Assembly: GCA_047495785.1 (NCBI GenBank)
Contig: JBLDXI010000020.1
Span: 1,736,001 to 1,800,000 of the forward strand
DNA: 64,000 nucleotides
Direction: 5' to 3'
Source: Lepidodermella squamata
Taxonomy: Eukaryota > Animalia > Gastrotricha
In this document: positions 11,967 to 25,500 of the stretch, one piece after another
Position numbering within the stretch: position 1 is the stretch's first letter
Layout of the letters: every line of letters starts with the position of its first letter
Position numbers and translations under genes: made by a program
The notes under the pieces: model-generated
Told to the model about the DNA's origin: nothing
The model's database searches: none
What the model saw: the letters and a program-made list of their open reading frames with translations, nothing else

Positions 11967-13558
11967 ATGAAAAATTTCTTAAAATGTTTTCTGTTCCTTT
12001 TTGGAACGATCGCGGCGGTTCAATGTTGGCAGATGAGTGATGATCCGTTCCAGGACGAGCTACAACACTCGTTCAGTGCTTCACGCTTCACTGAATCTGA
12101 AGATGATCACGACGATCATGACGAACCATCCATGTTAGGAGCAGAACGTGCTCATGGTATTTAATTTTTCGAATTTTCGAAAGTCGAAATTGTGAAAATT
12201 TTCAAGGTTTATGGCTGGCCTCATCTCATGGTCACCACGCTTCATCGAACGAGGTCTTTGACCATGAAGAAAATAATGAAGAGGGCGAACACGAAGAAGT
12301 AAATTTAGCGAAAATTCGTGTTTTAAATTAAAAATTCGATTTTAGGATTCTTGGAGAGCTGATCCTAACGTACTATCGCGATTTCCTAAACTAGGCCAGG
12401 TAGCTGCGTTAGCTTTCAACAAAACCGACAAATCACTCATCGTATTTCATCGTGGATCTTCAATCTGGAACGAACAGTCAGTTTTTGGGAAAATTGTCCG
12501 TAAATTTGGAAGAAAATTCGATTTTTTTCAGCACCTTCGACGCTAATGGGACATTCCTCGGCACCAGCTCTGGTCCTATCCGTGAAGACACCATAATTTT
12601 CTATGATACTAAACGCGGTTTTGTAACGAAAAGCACCGGTAAAAACTTGTTCTACATGCCCCACGGCATGTCTATCGGGAAAAATGGCGCGCTTTGGGTG
12701 ACCGACGTCGCTTTGCATCAAGTTTTCCGCCTCGTCCCGTCCGGTAACGGCATGCGGCCTGAACTCATCCTAGGCGAAGCTTTCCAACAAGGCTCAGACG
12801 ACCGTCATTTTTGCAAGCCAACTGCCGTAGTCGAGGCGGCGAGTGATGGCTCGGTTTTCGTGGCTGATGGCTATTGCAACGCTCGAATCATGAAAATCAA
12901 CGGGAAAACTGGTGCTTTGATGGCAAAATTCGGTCGGCAGACCCCGGAATCGACCTGGATGGACGCACCTGAGCCAGGGACATTCTTCGTCCCGCATTCA
13001 CTTGCTCTTCTAGAAGGCAGCGATCTCATTTGCGTTGCCGATAGGGAAAATCGAAGGTAAAAATTAAAATTGAAATTAAATTTGAAAATTTTGAAAATTT
13101 TCGAAATTTTTTAGAATTCAATGCTTTAGCGCTGGGCTTCGAAACAACTCAGATACGGGTAGATTCATCGCCGAAATCAGCCATTCTGAATTTCGTGAAA
13201 TTTACGCCGTGAAATTTGCGAAGAAAGGTTTGATGATCCTTTTAGCTTTCGAATTTCAATGAAAATTCTGATTCCTTCGCAGCCAATGTTTTGCTGGCCT
13301 TATCCCGAGATTCCTATCAACAAGGCCCTGATACCTCCAATAAAATTTTCGCTATCGATGCTTCAACTGGACGGCCTTTCGAAGCAATCTCGATACCAGT
13401 TGGTCATTTGTTTTTTTTTTAAGAATTTTTTCAAAATATTTTCTTTGAAGGGTATGGTCAATGGTCATGATTCGGCGGTAGACGACGCGAGCGGTTTGAT
13501 AATCTACGCGTCTGAAATCGGCCCGAACCAAGTATGGCGAGTCTCTCGATCCGGTTGA
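11967..13558 (+). CDS. PAL: Monofunctional peptidyl-alpha-hydroxyglycine alpha-amidating lyase (PAL; NHL-repeat propeller), 7 exons
   Basis: Signal peptide. Spliced motifs LGQVAALA..IVFHRG..IW, FYMPHG, WVTDVALHQVF, HFCKPTAV, VADGYCNARI (catalytic Tyr), PHSLAL..ICVADRENRRIQCF (catalytic Arg), GHDSAV, EIGPNQVW. No PHM domain and no TM segment. Confidence 0.92.
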
Positions 13559-13741
13559 GATATAGTCCCGGCATAATTTCAAGCGACATTCTTTCACTAG
13601 CTATAAATCATGGAAAAATCCCATTTTAATAATAAAAAATTCTAGTGATTTTTATTGATAAAGAAATACGTAGATAATCCATAGTTCTCAATGTTGTGAC
13701 TCCACTCAAATTTTGATAGAATAAAAATTCATTGTTTCCGA

Positions 13742-16700
13742 TTAGCCGTGATTTCTCAGTTCGAACGCCTCGGGATAATTTGCCTGGAGAAATTGGATTG
13801 CACCCGACACAGCTTGGAACAAAAATGGGCCTTGAGGCAGGCGAAGAATGGCGTAGAGTTGGGCCATCAGGCATCTCACAGCTTGAATTCGCGTCATTCC
13901 AAGCGGCATCCAGCTTAACGATACGATAAAATACCGAATCGAAACCTCGGCCAGCTGGACGTAGGGCAGGTTAAATTCGACCATAGTTTGAAGAATCGAT
14001 AAGCAGGTAGGTTCCAGGTCGAGATGGGTCAGATTCAGATGTTTGCCCAGCGCTGCCAGCTTGTTAAGCCGCGACGTGAGTCTGTAGCATATCGCCTTGA
14101 TTTGTTGTTTGAAAGAGGCCTGATTCGCCGAGTTCGAATGCTCCATTAACCGATTCCTCAAGTTTTCCGAGCATTTCCCGATATCTTCCCGATTCTCCAT
14201 AGCGACCTTTTTCAAAGCACCTCGGGTCCAAGCTGACGACGGGAAATCTTCATGTTCAAACATCTGTTGAAAAAATATTAAAAAAATTCGTTTTAAAAAC
14301 TAAATCCCACCTTAAAAATCTTCGCAACTTCTTCAAGTAACAGCGAGTTTCCAGATTTATCAATTATTTCAGTCAAGCTATTGAGGAGTTCGCTGAAGTA
14401 AGGATTAGGAGCACCCCTAATGTAAACTGAGGCATCGAGAAGCGGAACAAGTTGTAGGAGCAACGTCAGATTCTGAGCTGAATTCAGCTGATTTTGCGCC
14501 GAATTTTGATCCTGGTCGTCGTCGGGTTGCGGCGCTACGATAACGGCTGGAACCGTAACAGGATCCGTTGTAAAATGCCTCAGAATTCGAGGTAAGGATC
14601 TTGATAGGACAATACTCATATCCCGCCAATCCCGACCTTGGATTTCTTGAGAATAATGTTTTCTTGCTTCAGATAGAATTTCCGAGGCGCTAGCTACCAT
14701 TACCACAGCTATTGTAGTCGTGAGAATTCCCTGAAATATTGTATCATCACATCTGAATTAATGCTCACTTCCTCTAACCTCGCAACTGTAATCTCGTGAT
14801 GACATCAGGATAGTGACGAAAGCGTTCCAGTCCTTGAGAGGAGCGGCAATATGAACTAGGTTTTGAGTAAGTTTTTCAACGTTGAACAATCTGCCGTTGA
14901 ACTGCACGAAAGATAGAAATCGTTGAAGGTATGCCAAGTTCCCTTCAGCACCTTCATCTAGTTCGGATCCATCTGACTATAAACAATGTTATACAATAAA
15001 AATTATTTCGGTCAATCTTTTCATCGCCGAAATTTCAGCATTTTACTCAACTGGTATGGAATTTGTTTCCCAATTTTCATGTAAATTCGAGAATTTTCTT
15101 TAAAAGAAATCAAATGTTGCTCCCATAACCTGGACGATGAAAGACATGAAAGACAAGCAAAAATCCTATTAACCCTGAAAAGTTATTAACTCGCAGCCCA
15201 AAGTGTCCATGGCTAGTGATGTGTCCACGGTAATTAAAAGCTCTGGGTGTTATATCAATCAAAGTCAATAATAAACATGTGATATTGATAACCTAATTTA
15301 CTAGTTTCCGGACGTGTGAATTTATGGGACCAAATTTACGGCTTTATGGCTCCAATTTGAGACGCTTTTATTAAAATTTATTGTCCGTTTCGCAACCACT
15401 TAATTACAAACAATTTAATTTACCCCCGCTTTATTGCTCCAATTTAAGAAGACTTCATTAAAATGCATATTGTCCGTTTCGACAAACATTTGATCAAGCA
15501 ATTTGATTGCTTATTCCAATGTTTGACATTTCGGAGGGCTAGAATTGATGTTTCCTCAAAATTAATGGCATCGGTACTTAAAAACTCCGGGTGTTATGTC
15601 AATCAAAGTCAATAAAAATTTGATATTTGAAAACGTAATTTATAAGCAATTTATAATATATGCGGCTTTCCGGCTCCAATTTGAGTTAATATTATTACAA
15701 TTTATTGTCCGTTTCGCGGCTTTACAGCCACTTAATTAATTTGATAGCTTATGCAGATGTTTGACATTTCCCGAGGGCCAAATCTAACGATTCCTCGAAA
15801 CCAATAATCAATGGCCTATAGCAATTATCGTTATAGGCCACTTGATATAACCACTCGATCGTTTTACGACCGTTTTCATGGGGAATGTCTGTAGCTATGA
15901 TATCCCATTCGATTATCAAATGTTGAGTCTATCTCAATCAGGTACAGATCATAGTGTCCTGAAATTAGAGCTTATAATTACAAATGCGCCAGGTCTCATT
16001 TCTAAAAATAAATGTCACTCAAGTATCAATTTCAAAATAAAAAACAGACATTTTAGGTCAGATAACGTAATTTTACCTGAACTAATCTGAACTCGTTAGG
16101 ATAAGAGATGTCAAGATAGGAAAGCATAGGTCGGTGATTATCATCCTCATCCTGTTTGCGCTTCGATTCAACGTATCTAGCCAGACTCGCATGAATGCAT
16201 CGACAGGCAGCACGAGCAGACGCAGTTAGTTCGTCATTCGATGTGACGAATCGGCAAAGCGTGACGAGCAAATCATCATCATCGCCACTGCCGTCATAGC
16301 CGGTAATTGTCGGAATTATCGTAGCCAATATGTCCAGCGCTTCAGCTTTCGGTCGTTCGTCACTGGCCAGGAATGTTAATTCGATTAGCGGCGTTATCAA
16401 TTTTCGATAAAAATCAGCTCTTTCAGTTGAATCGAGCGAAATTTCAGCAATCGGTAATATGACGTCTTTCACTTTTGTTAGGACAAAACCTCGGAACCGG
16501 CTAAATTCTTCCCCCGTCACAATTGTTTTTAAAAAGTACGCGATGTCTGAATGTGTCAAGCAACGCCTCGGAAAAAGAGCCATCAGCTTACAGACCTTGA
16601 AAAACAGTTTTTATTAGCACCAATTAAATTCAAGCAATTAATTCTCACTTCGAGAACTAATTTGCATTTTGCAGCGTCATCAAGGTGGGCGAAATTTGCT

Positions 16701-16837
16701 GGGAAAATTGAATAAAAAATCTGATCGCAAATCCGATCCAACTCGACATTTTCCGACGGTAGCTGCGAGGTGAAAAAAAATTAGATAAGAAAGGAGAAAA
16801 ATTATCTAACCATTAACGAAACCGAATACGCCGCCAT
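13742..16837 (-). CDS. Divergent, truncated stromalin/STAG (SCC3) cohesin-subunit-like HEAT-repeat protein, multi-exon
   Basis: Exons 16837..16811, 16762..16649, 16595..about 16090, small exons at about 15130-14780, about 14730-14310 and about 14263-13742. Colinear by eye with STAG2: ELDRICDQIFYSIF..KCKLVLEVCKLMALFPRRCLTHSDIAY (SCD region), PLKDWNAF (LKDW), LPRILRHFTTD, LLLQLVPLLDASVY, SRLNKLAALGKHLNLTHLDL, IVSLSWMPL. Confidence 0.7.
15230..15800. repeat. Degenerate tandem duplication (about 340-bp period with internal sub-repeats) in an intron of the STAG-like gene
   Basis: GGGTGTTAT(A/G)TCAATCAAAGTCAATAA at about 15245 and 15588; GCTCCAATTT...ATTGTCCGTTTCG three times (about 15349, 15436, 15673). 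Confidence 0.7.
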
Positions 16838-17324
16838 TTTTGAGAAATTATAAATTATTATGACCCATTAATTGTGAGTTGCAGATTATTAAGGTATTAA
16901 GGACACGAGAGTGCGCATATTCCCAGCACGCTGAATTCAGCAGTCATTGCGTTCACTTTTTTTCTAAATTTCGATTTAATTTTGCATTTTATACTCTTTA
17001 TACAGTTTTTAGCCATTTAATTCAATTTAGTGATGCGTAGTATAGCCGGTCAGGGCATCATCTCAGTAGACGCCTGGCGATTGTTTTGAAACAAAACGCG
17101 CCCAGGTATAATAATAAATCGCATCCTGTTGTAATTCGATATTATGTGCCAAAATAAGTCACGATTCGCGACCTATTTCGCATTTATTTATATCTTTTAC
17201 AAGCCAATTAATAATCACTCGGTCATGTCTTATCGGTCAATGCGCTATCCTTATCAGCAATTCGAGGCTTAACAAAGCGCAGAAAAAAATGTGATTGAAA
17301 AAAAATAAAAAAATATTTTTTTAA

Positions 17325-18209
17325 ATGAGTAATTTTTCGAATTTCACCGGTAGCTATGTGTTGTCTTGCGGCCGGCTTCATCGAGTCAGGCCGATGCCAT
17401 TCATAACTGCCTATGTTTGGTCACTCTGCATCATCTCAGCCCTGGTTGTTCTACCTTATTTGTTGTATTCGATTCGCCGATTTATTCGGAAGGAAACGAT
17501 ACCTCATGATACGATAAGTTCCCACTGCGCAGATCCGCAAAGCCCAGCTCATAGATTTCTTCTCGTAATTTGCTGCTTTTTGTCATCATCCCTAACTTGT
17601 CTCTACGTCGAGGAGTATAATTCCTACGCAGCTCATGGCATACAGGAGGAATTATGGCGATTTATCCCGGATTTAATTGTCACAATTTTACTGCCACTTG
17701 TCGGAATTTTTCATACAGATGGCAATGGAACCATCGCGACGTACGACTGTTTCGGCGCGAAATTTTCCACAGTTTACAGCTCGATTATCCACGTGATAGT
17801 CGCCTTCAGCTTCCTGGTCATCAACTCGATCGGAAATTTGTACTGGGCCACGTACGAATTGGAAGATGACGATAAAGACAAACATTTTCTTATGACACTA
17901 AACGTTTTGTCAACAATTTTCACGTATTTTTTCCTTGTTGTTTTCACGCTGATAACTGCGATAAAACGAGCGAATCGAGCATTCGGCCGTCTGGCGTGGC
18001 GGCTGTGCCTCGCGGTTCGAGTTCGCAATAACGAGCCGGATAACCCAGGGTTTTACTATCGAGTCGCTCGGCCGCTTCGATTTGTGTGCTTCGCACTTGA
18101 ATTGCTCGCGTTTTTCTCAGTCATTCTAACTTCATCAGCTGAGACAATTAAACGCAACTGTCACGTCAAATTCACGCCTGAATGTCTCTTTATCGCAAAA
18201 TGTAGCTGA
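17325..18209 (+). CDS. Multi-pass (about 6 TM) membrane protein, probably Frag1/DRAM/Sfk1 (PGAP2/TMEM150/DRAM-like); intronless
   Basis: 294-aa ORF with about six hydrophobic segments; family-like motifs TISSHCADP..P..RF, LVGIFHT, IHVIVAFSF, ALELLAFF. Confidence 0.6.
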   Translation: MSNFSNFTGSYVLSCGRLHRVRPMPFITAYVWSLCIISALVVLPYLLYSIRRFIRKETIPHDTISSHCADPQSPAHRFLLVICCFLSSSLTCLYVEEYNSYAAHGIQEELWRFIPDLIVTILLPLVGIFHTDGNGTIATYDCFGAKFSTVYSSIIHVIVAFSFLVINSIGNLYWATYELEDDDKDKHFLMTLNVLSTIFTYFFLVVFTLITAIKRANRAFGRLAWRLCLAVRVRNNEPDNPGFYYRVARPLRFVCFALELLAFFSVILTSSAETIKRNCHVKFTPECLFIAKCS

Positions 18210-20141
18210 TGATGATGAATAAACCGATTTGCGTGGACGTAATAAAATGTTCCTGTATCATGATAAACAAGTGTAATAATTCCTACTAATCACAATTAAA
18301 ACAGGGCATATATCTCATATCGTAATTTCGTTATTCAAATCGAAGCCATAGAATTAAACGAGGACATCTTCTTAAGAGCCGATGTATATAATCGTTTTAA
18401 ATCCTGTTATTTTTCAAGAGATCAGACCTATATAGCTTTGGCTCGTCATCACCCAGGGTAATGATCTAATTGTTTTAATCGCCTATTTTAAAATTATACC
18501 TTGATCTATAATGCACGAAACTATTAAATCGCACCAAAATCGGAGGATAAGATAGTTACGACACTTAGATGTAGGCGTATTCAGTGCAGATTTTTCTGTA
18601 TTTATTCACCTCAATTTAGCCCCAAGCTGGACACCCCTACACGTGCTTCTCGAAATTTTTCTGACCACTCAAAAAATGTCCGAGACAGGCAAACATTTAT
18701 TTATAGAAATCGCCACCATTCAAATTTGGTCCAGATCCAGGACCCTAACAAATGGGCATATTTATCACCTGCAGTCCCAAGTCTTATAGATGATCGTTAT
18801 TCAGCCCTGTTTGTATGGTGAAATCATAGCCCATGCATGCAACAAATCATTAAGTTATTGTCACCTGGGGTGACCTTGTTCTTAAGCCGAATAAGTTAAT
18901 AAATTCCAAGCTGTCAAATTTGTCCCCTAACAATGAAATATAAATCATGCGCGGATTTTGCTCCGCTAGGCAATTATATCAATTTTAATTGTATTTTACA
19001 CTTGTCGCCTATGTGGACATGCGCGTTATGTCTGATTCTTTCGGTGTTCAAATTAGCATGACGGCTCGCAAATAAGCCAAAGCCTAGCCCAAAGAGGGAC
19101 TCGTCTTATATAAACTCGGCGTCTACGTCAACCGGCGTATTAGGGTGTCAATCTGTCTGAACAGTGTCACTTCTCTCGAGCAAGACGCCTAGACTGATAT
19201 ATATTGCTTAAAACTGAGTAGCATTGTGCGATAAATAATTCCGTTTTTCTGCTAAAGGTGGTTTTAATTGCAGCGCTTAGTAACATCCCCTCGCGCGCGT
19301 AGGTTTCAATTTTTCATTTCAAATTTCATATACTAATTGGCGATATCACTCTGCAAGTTGCAGCGTGGGCGCGTCGAAAGCTTACGTGACCAGTTCTCCT
19401 GTAGCAACTTCCTGCTGATTTTGGATGGCCAGCCTACACCTTTTTATTGTTTTCTTTCCGCTATTTTTCCAGCAGACTTTTGCGCCTAATATTTCCGGCT
19501 CATCGCGCGCTAGGTGTGAATGAATGGAAGGTCTTCATTTCATAAATTCGCAACGTAGGCGTCCATACATAAAAGAACTTACAACTACTCGTCTGATTCC
19601 AGTTATCTAATAAATAAATTCGGAACCTCGCTGTTCACGCCTCGATGAGTTAACACCTTTATCGAATGTGTGGGGCGCGAAATCCTTTATATTAGGACCT
19701 TCCTTGACCTAATTAGCCGAGTATTTCTTCCGCGAAAAGGTCATCACTTTGTCGTTTCATTTTTTTCCCGCCGTAAATCGATCGCGTGATATTTTTGATC
19801 TCACTTCTACGGCGAGAAGAAGCCTCGCAGCTGCAATTTAATGAATGGCCTTATTAACTATTAATGTAAAAATAATCCTCAGCTTTACTCATTCACAGAA
19901 AATATTTCTGCGACGTAGCTCGCGCATCAAAAACACAGATTTTGGCTCGGGCTAAAAATCGCAGGTGATTAGGTAAAATTTGAGTTTAGTCAGGCTCTAA
20001 ACAAGGCATCGATCACCATCGCGACGTCAACAATCCTTCGAAATGGAAATTAATCGTTTTTTCATTCATAGAACTTTACGAACGAACTTGAAAGCACGAA
20101 CGATGTACTCGCTAAGTTTGAAGCGTTTACTCGGCGTAGTA

Positions 20142-20426
20142 ATGCCGTCGTCGAAATCATCGCCTTCAGTCACTGGACTATGTCTGATTTTACTCATCAC
20201 CATTCTATCTATATGCCTATCGACATCGAACGCGCAAAAATCGCCATCAACCCCTTCAGAATTGACCTTTTTCGAGGAGCTAACCGGCCCAACTCGGTAC
20301 CCGTACGCGTCACTGGCGCGGAGTGCGAACGGCAAGCCTATCCCGTGCCGAGGCGTCTCGCAAATGGCTCTGCTATGCTGCCGGACAGGCATCGCGTCCT
20401 GCTGTCCGTGCAAGCGGAAAAATTGA
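20142..20426 (+). CDS. Small secreted cysteine-rich peptide precursor (C-x9-CC-x6-CC-x-C); start may instead be 20043 or 20103
   Basis: Signal peptide GLCLILLITILSICLSTSNA, then a spacer, then GKPIPCRGVSQMALLCCRTGIASCCPCKRKN*. Confidence 0.7.
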   Translation: MPSSKSSPSVTGLCLILLITILSICLSTSNAQKSPSTPSELTFFEELTGPTRYPYASLARSANGKPIPCRGVSQMALLCCRTGIASCCPCKRKN

Positions 20427-22595
20427 TGTATCGAACCTTCATTTAAATTGTTGTTGTCCGCAATCGTGAACTCAACTTGCAATGCATCTAGAAAACAAGT
20501 ATTTTTATCTCTCGAGCTGTTGTGATTTGGGAATACAAGACGAACGTCTCGAACTTCGCCCTGTATTCTTATAGCCGTATATCGTGAGCTGCGGAGAGGC
20601 CGAAATTTCAACCTGATTCATCAATAATAGTTATTCGATTCCCTCTCACTCTCTCTCATCAATTTTTATACGCCTCTGCGTTGTAATGCGGTTTTCCGCA
20701 TCATTTTGTCATTTTGTTCAACTTTATATACGAAGAACTATTTTTCTACAAAAACCTGCGTTTGAAAACTTCTGCAAAACGAAATGATAAAAAAATTAAT
20801 AAAAATTGAGACTAATTTTAATCGTTTTCTGGATGATTTGAGGTTATTTCCTTTATTTATGCTATTTCCAGGGGGTTCGATTCTATCGAGGACAGTTTTG
20901 CGTAAATTTGTGGGTTTTATCCTCTTTAGCAAAAGCCGCTTATAGTATTACGATGTTCGTCAGGACACGAGTCCTTGCGTCTGATTTAGGTAATCGAAGA
21001 TGAATCGGCGGCAGTTTCTCCTGTGTTCAAACTGCGTAGGAATAAAAAAGAAAAATTGAAAAAAATCAGAATAAAAATATGTGATTTTTCGATTTTCGGA
21101 CAATCGAATGCGATCAATTCATCGAATTCGCATTTGAAAAATGCATTTCAGCCGTATAGATCGCAGTGACGCATTTTGAAAATTATGCAAAAATGGACCA
21201 TTAAGGCGGATTTTTTTTCATATTTTATTTCACGCTTTTCAGTCTTCGGAATCTTGTAGGAACCGGTCTGACGAACATTTGCGGCCTCATTGGCTACTTC
21301 ATCCTCTTTCATTCGTATTAGAAAAAACAAAACCCAAGTGTAACTTTTCGAACGTTTTTACTTCATTTCTCCATCTCAATAGATACCAATTTTTCTTTCT
21401 TAAAGAGCAAAAAAAAGTTGATCATGAATATAACGATACACAGCTCTGTTTTTTATACAATTTCACCAAGAGTTACAAGAGTGAAGATGTTTGGTAGTTT
21501 TTTGTCTCATTATTACAGATTTCACAATATCCAATCATCGTAAGTTATGCCGCTCTCATACATCACGAAGTTTAAGTATAATATAATAAGAATCTATGAA
21601 AAGTCCTCAAATATTTCGTTCACAAAATAATTACCTTGCGATTAGACTTAACCGAGAATTTTCATCGAACCGTAATTATATAAAAATTCATAATCTATAA
21701 ATATATATACCGATATTACCTGAGGCTCTGAAAGAATTATTTCTCAAAAGAAACAAAACGAGTGAAGCAGTCTAAATCCGAAAATATATAGAAAAACTAT
21801 CTTACATCTCGTATATATATAAATAGCTGACTGGACGTTACAAAAAATAGACATCGCTAGTATTATATTATCATTAAATCTGCAAGTATTACTGCTGCTC
21901 AGGTTGGTAACAACACGACGATACATAAGTACTTATGGAAAAATGAGTTATTTTTACTACAATTATATATTTATATTATACCTGTATAGTCGAAAGGAGC
22001 AGTTGAGAAAAAAACGATTCCACTGATATTTACACTTGAAAAATAGTCAATTTTTCACATAGTAATATTACTTCGAGTAATTATAACGATTATACACGTT
22101 TTTTTATATCGAAATTACTTGACCCGAAAAAATCAGCGCACGCGCACAATATTGGTGACCGATTTTTATATATAAACAAAAAATTATTGGCTATCATTTT
22201 TTACGTGCGCGTGTCGCTTATTACATCGGTTGCACACACACGTTTTAAATTTCACCCGAAAAAAATGTAAGTTATCTTATATAATTATTCAGGTAATACA
22301 TTGAAACAAAAGAAGAAAATGAATGAAAGAGTATACAAATATCAATATATAACGCCGCTTTCATTTCTTTCTTCGAGCTGGTTAGTTTCAAATTTCACAT
22401 CATTTGCCAACAACATCAACAACAATAACAAGTTTTTCCCTTCAAATGATTGTTTGGTTAATATTATATATTTATATATTGAGTAGACAACGCATCTTAG
22501 AAGAAAAACGTGGCAATATTTTTACTACTACTACTACTACATAAATCACTGGAGATAAGTTTGTTTTTTGCTAGTAGGTCAGAGATATATTGTTT

Positions 22596-25500
22596 TCAGG
22601 GTTTACTCAACTGCTGAAACGCGCGCATTGGCGACGCTTGTTGCTGAAGGTGCTGCCGTAGCAGGTACATTTGATGCTCCATTTCTAGCTGTTGCTGCGA
22701 CGGCGGCGACGGGCTCGGCGGTTGCTGCTGCAGTTGAGCCGGCGGCCGTTGTAGAAACGGCGAATTCTGCGGCATCGACAAATTCAACGACGACCCGGGC
22801 CGGTCGATATTCACCGAAATCGGCGACGGCTGCGACGGCCCGGCTGTTTCCGGGGCGGGTGAAGAGCTGGTAACTTGCGAATTTGTGGTCGCCGTACTAC
22901 CCTCAATCGCCTCCGTTTTCGAGTACAACTCGCCGAGTAGGGCCGAGACGCCGAAAATTTCCGGGTGATCACGGGCGGTTTGCGACAGCACGGCGTTGTG
23001 AACGTCGGGCAGTCGCATCAGCAGGTTGTAGACGGCGTTGAACTGCGTCATGGCCTTTTGCGCGTCGTCCTCTGAGCGGCACGTTTTTTGCAGGTACGCC
23101 TCTAGGGTGCGCGTCAACCGGGTTCGCAGCTTGCCGACCGCTGTCGGGTTTTGCAGGTTCGGCACGTCCGACCGGTAGAACAGCATCGCCTCGAGGAATA
23201 CGAATTCGATGAACGACGGGTTCCAGTTTGACAACGCATCGCCGACGTCACGCACCTCTTTCGCCAGGGCCTAAAAAAATAGAAAAACGAAGTCAATTAC
23301 TCATTTTTTATTCAAAATTCATTAGTCACTTCTAAAAATATAAAACGTCTGTTGGTTAGTCGAATGTCTGAGAAAAAACATCTAAGACAGAGCGGGCGGG
23401 TGTGACTTTTGACATATTTGTCTCATTAAAAGTGAAATTTGAGATCTGCGATAGAAATGTCCAGCGAGTCCCGGTGAACGAAATTTGCACCTTCAACGCC
23501 TTTGACAGGATGTTTTCTACATCGTCGGTTCAATTCAAATAATAAAATCCCTCACATGTACGAGAAATCGTTTAGTTTAGCTCGATTTATGAACCATAAT
23601 ATTGGACACTTCGATTTTGCAACACGGGTTTTTGCATGAAATGTCCCATTTTTTGAGCATTCGAATGGTGATTGGAGCAACACTTGATTTTTCGAAATAT
23701 TTCAAGACCATATTGGGACAAAATTTAGCAAAAGCATTCCCATAGCGTTGAAAATAAAATATTCAATTATCGAGAGAAATATTCAGCAGGGCAACTCGAA
23801 TTTCAAGTGAAAATCGAGAAATTATGAGCAAAAATGAATTTCTCTCAAGTTTTTCAATTTTATAATTAATTAAAAAACATAGGATGATGTTCCCAATTTT
23901 TTTTTCTAAATTTGACCAAAGTAAGTGAAAACTGGCAAGCCAATCCGTATGCAAATGAGTTTCCCCAAAGCCGCTTATTGTCGAAATTTATGCCGGCAGA
24001 AAATGCTTCCAATCGCCGAAAATCAGGTAAAATTTGTGAATTCACCAAAATTTGCAAATAAATCGGAAACCACCTTATACACACCTTTTCCTAAAATGTC
24101 TTAGATTTCTGAATTAATACAGAATTTCTTCTCATCTAAATATACATGGTTTTGTCCGAAATTAACCTACCCTGCCATATCAAATTTGGGAGTCTAAATT
24201 TATCCATTCTATTTTCAGCGCTGAACTTTGATAAAAGCAAAAAAAGCACTTGCGCAAAATGGCAGGCGGCTTAAGCGATGTTAATGGGTACGTATGGACT
24301 CAGTAAAGCCATTAAAATTTAAAAAGCCCCTCAAAACGATTTATAGTGAGTTTTTTTATAAATCCATCAATCGATTTCTGGGGGTCCACACATTAAAACT
24401 CGAGCGATTTTCAGTTATATCGGAACAAAGCATCGCCCATTCAGTAGATAACACCCACAAGTTTAATAAAAAGTCACTTCTAAAGCGGACTGTTAATTTT
24501 AGGTCAATATTTAAAATAAATGTCCATCTGAAAGCTGCTCTCAGCTCGAGTAAGGCGAAAATATATCGATTGAACCCAACATAAAACTTGAAAATCAACA
24601 GCTAAGAACTTATGAAACCCATTTTACAAATCAATGATTTAAATGGTATGAAAAACCGTTAGGAGGATTAACTTATTAATTCGGAATAAAATCATTGAAA
24701 AAATAATTAATTAAATTAAATGGTCTGAATTGCCTTATAGGGATCCGTCTAATCAGATTATTTTTGATAAAATTCAGCATGGATAACCTCTTACGCTTAC
24801 TACTTACTCACTCCTAAATATAAGGACGAACAAAATTTGACGGAGCTTAACAGGTTCAAAAATCTAGGTTTAATTTTCAGGTGATTTTGGACTGTATAAC
24901 TCCGAACTATTTTCTCAGTTAATAAAATCCAGTAGACGCTGTTAATTTTCTTCAAAATTCAAAATTCCAAGTTCCGAGGCGAATCCGGAATCTTACGAGA
25001 CAAATGAGCATCGAAATTACAGGCCCAAATTCAGGAATAAAACTGTAAATATTAGGTAAAAATGGAATTTGTTTGGAATTTTGAAAACGGAAAACTTTGA
25101 AGTTAGAACCGTCAAGAAATGGGTTGACCTGTTACCGGAACAAAATTTTCAAATTTTATTTGGGCCTGAAACCACTTTTTCAGAACTTCAAAAGATGTTG
25201 TTATCATAGATCATAGCAATTTCAAATAAATTATTATTATCGGACTTTAGAAATCATACGCTGCCCCAAATTCAAATAATTTTTCGAAAACCAACATTTG
25301 CCACATTTTGAGTTCGGATCCGCTACAGAAAATTTAGTTCAACCTTGAAAATATGGTTCTGTCCATAGTTATAATAGCCCTAAAACTCTCTGACTGGAAA
25401 ATTTGACGAATTATTATGACATTTTCATCCTCTTTTTTTAACCTGATTTTAAGTTTAAAAAAACCAACAAACCGTGTAAGCCGGGAAATAGGACAAGAAA

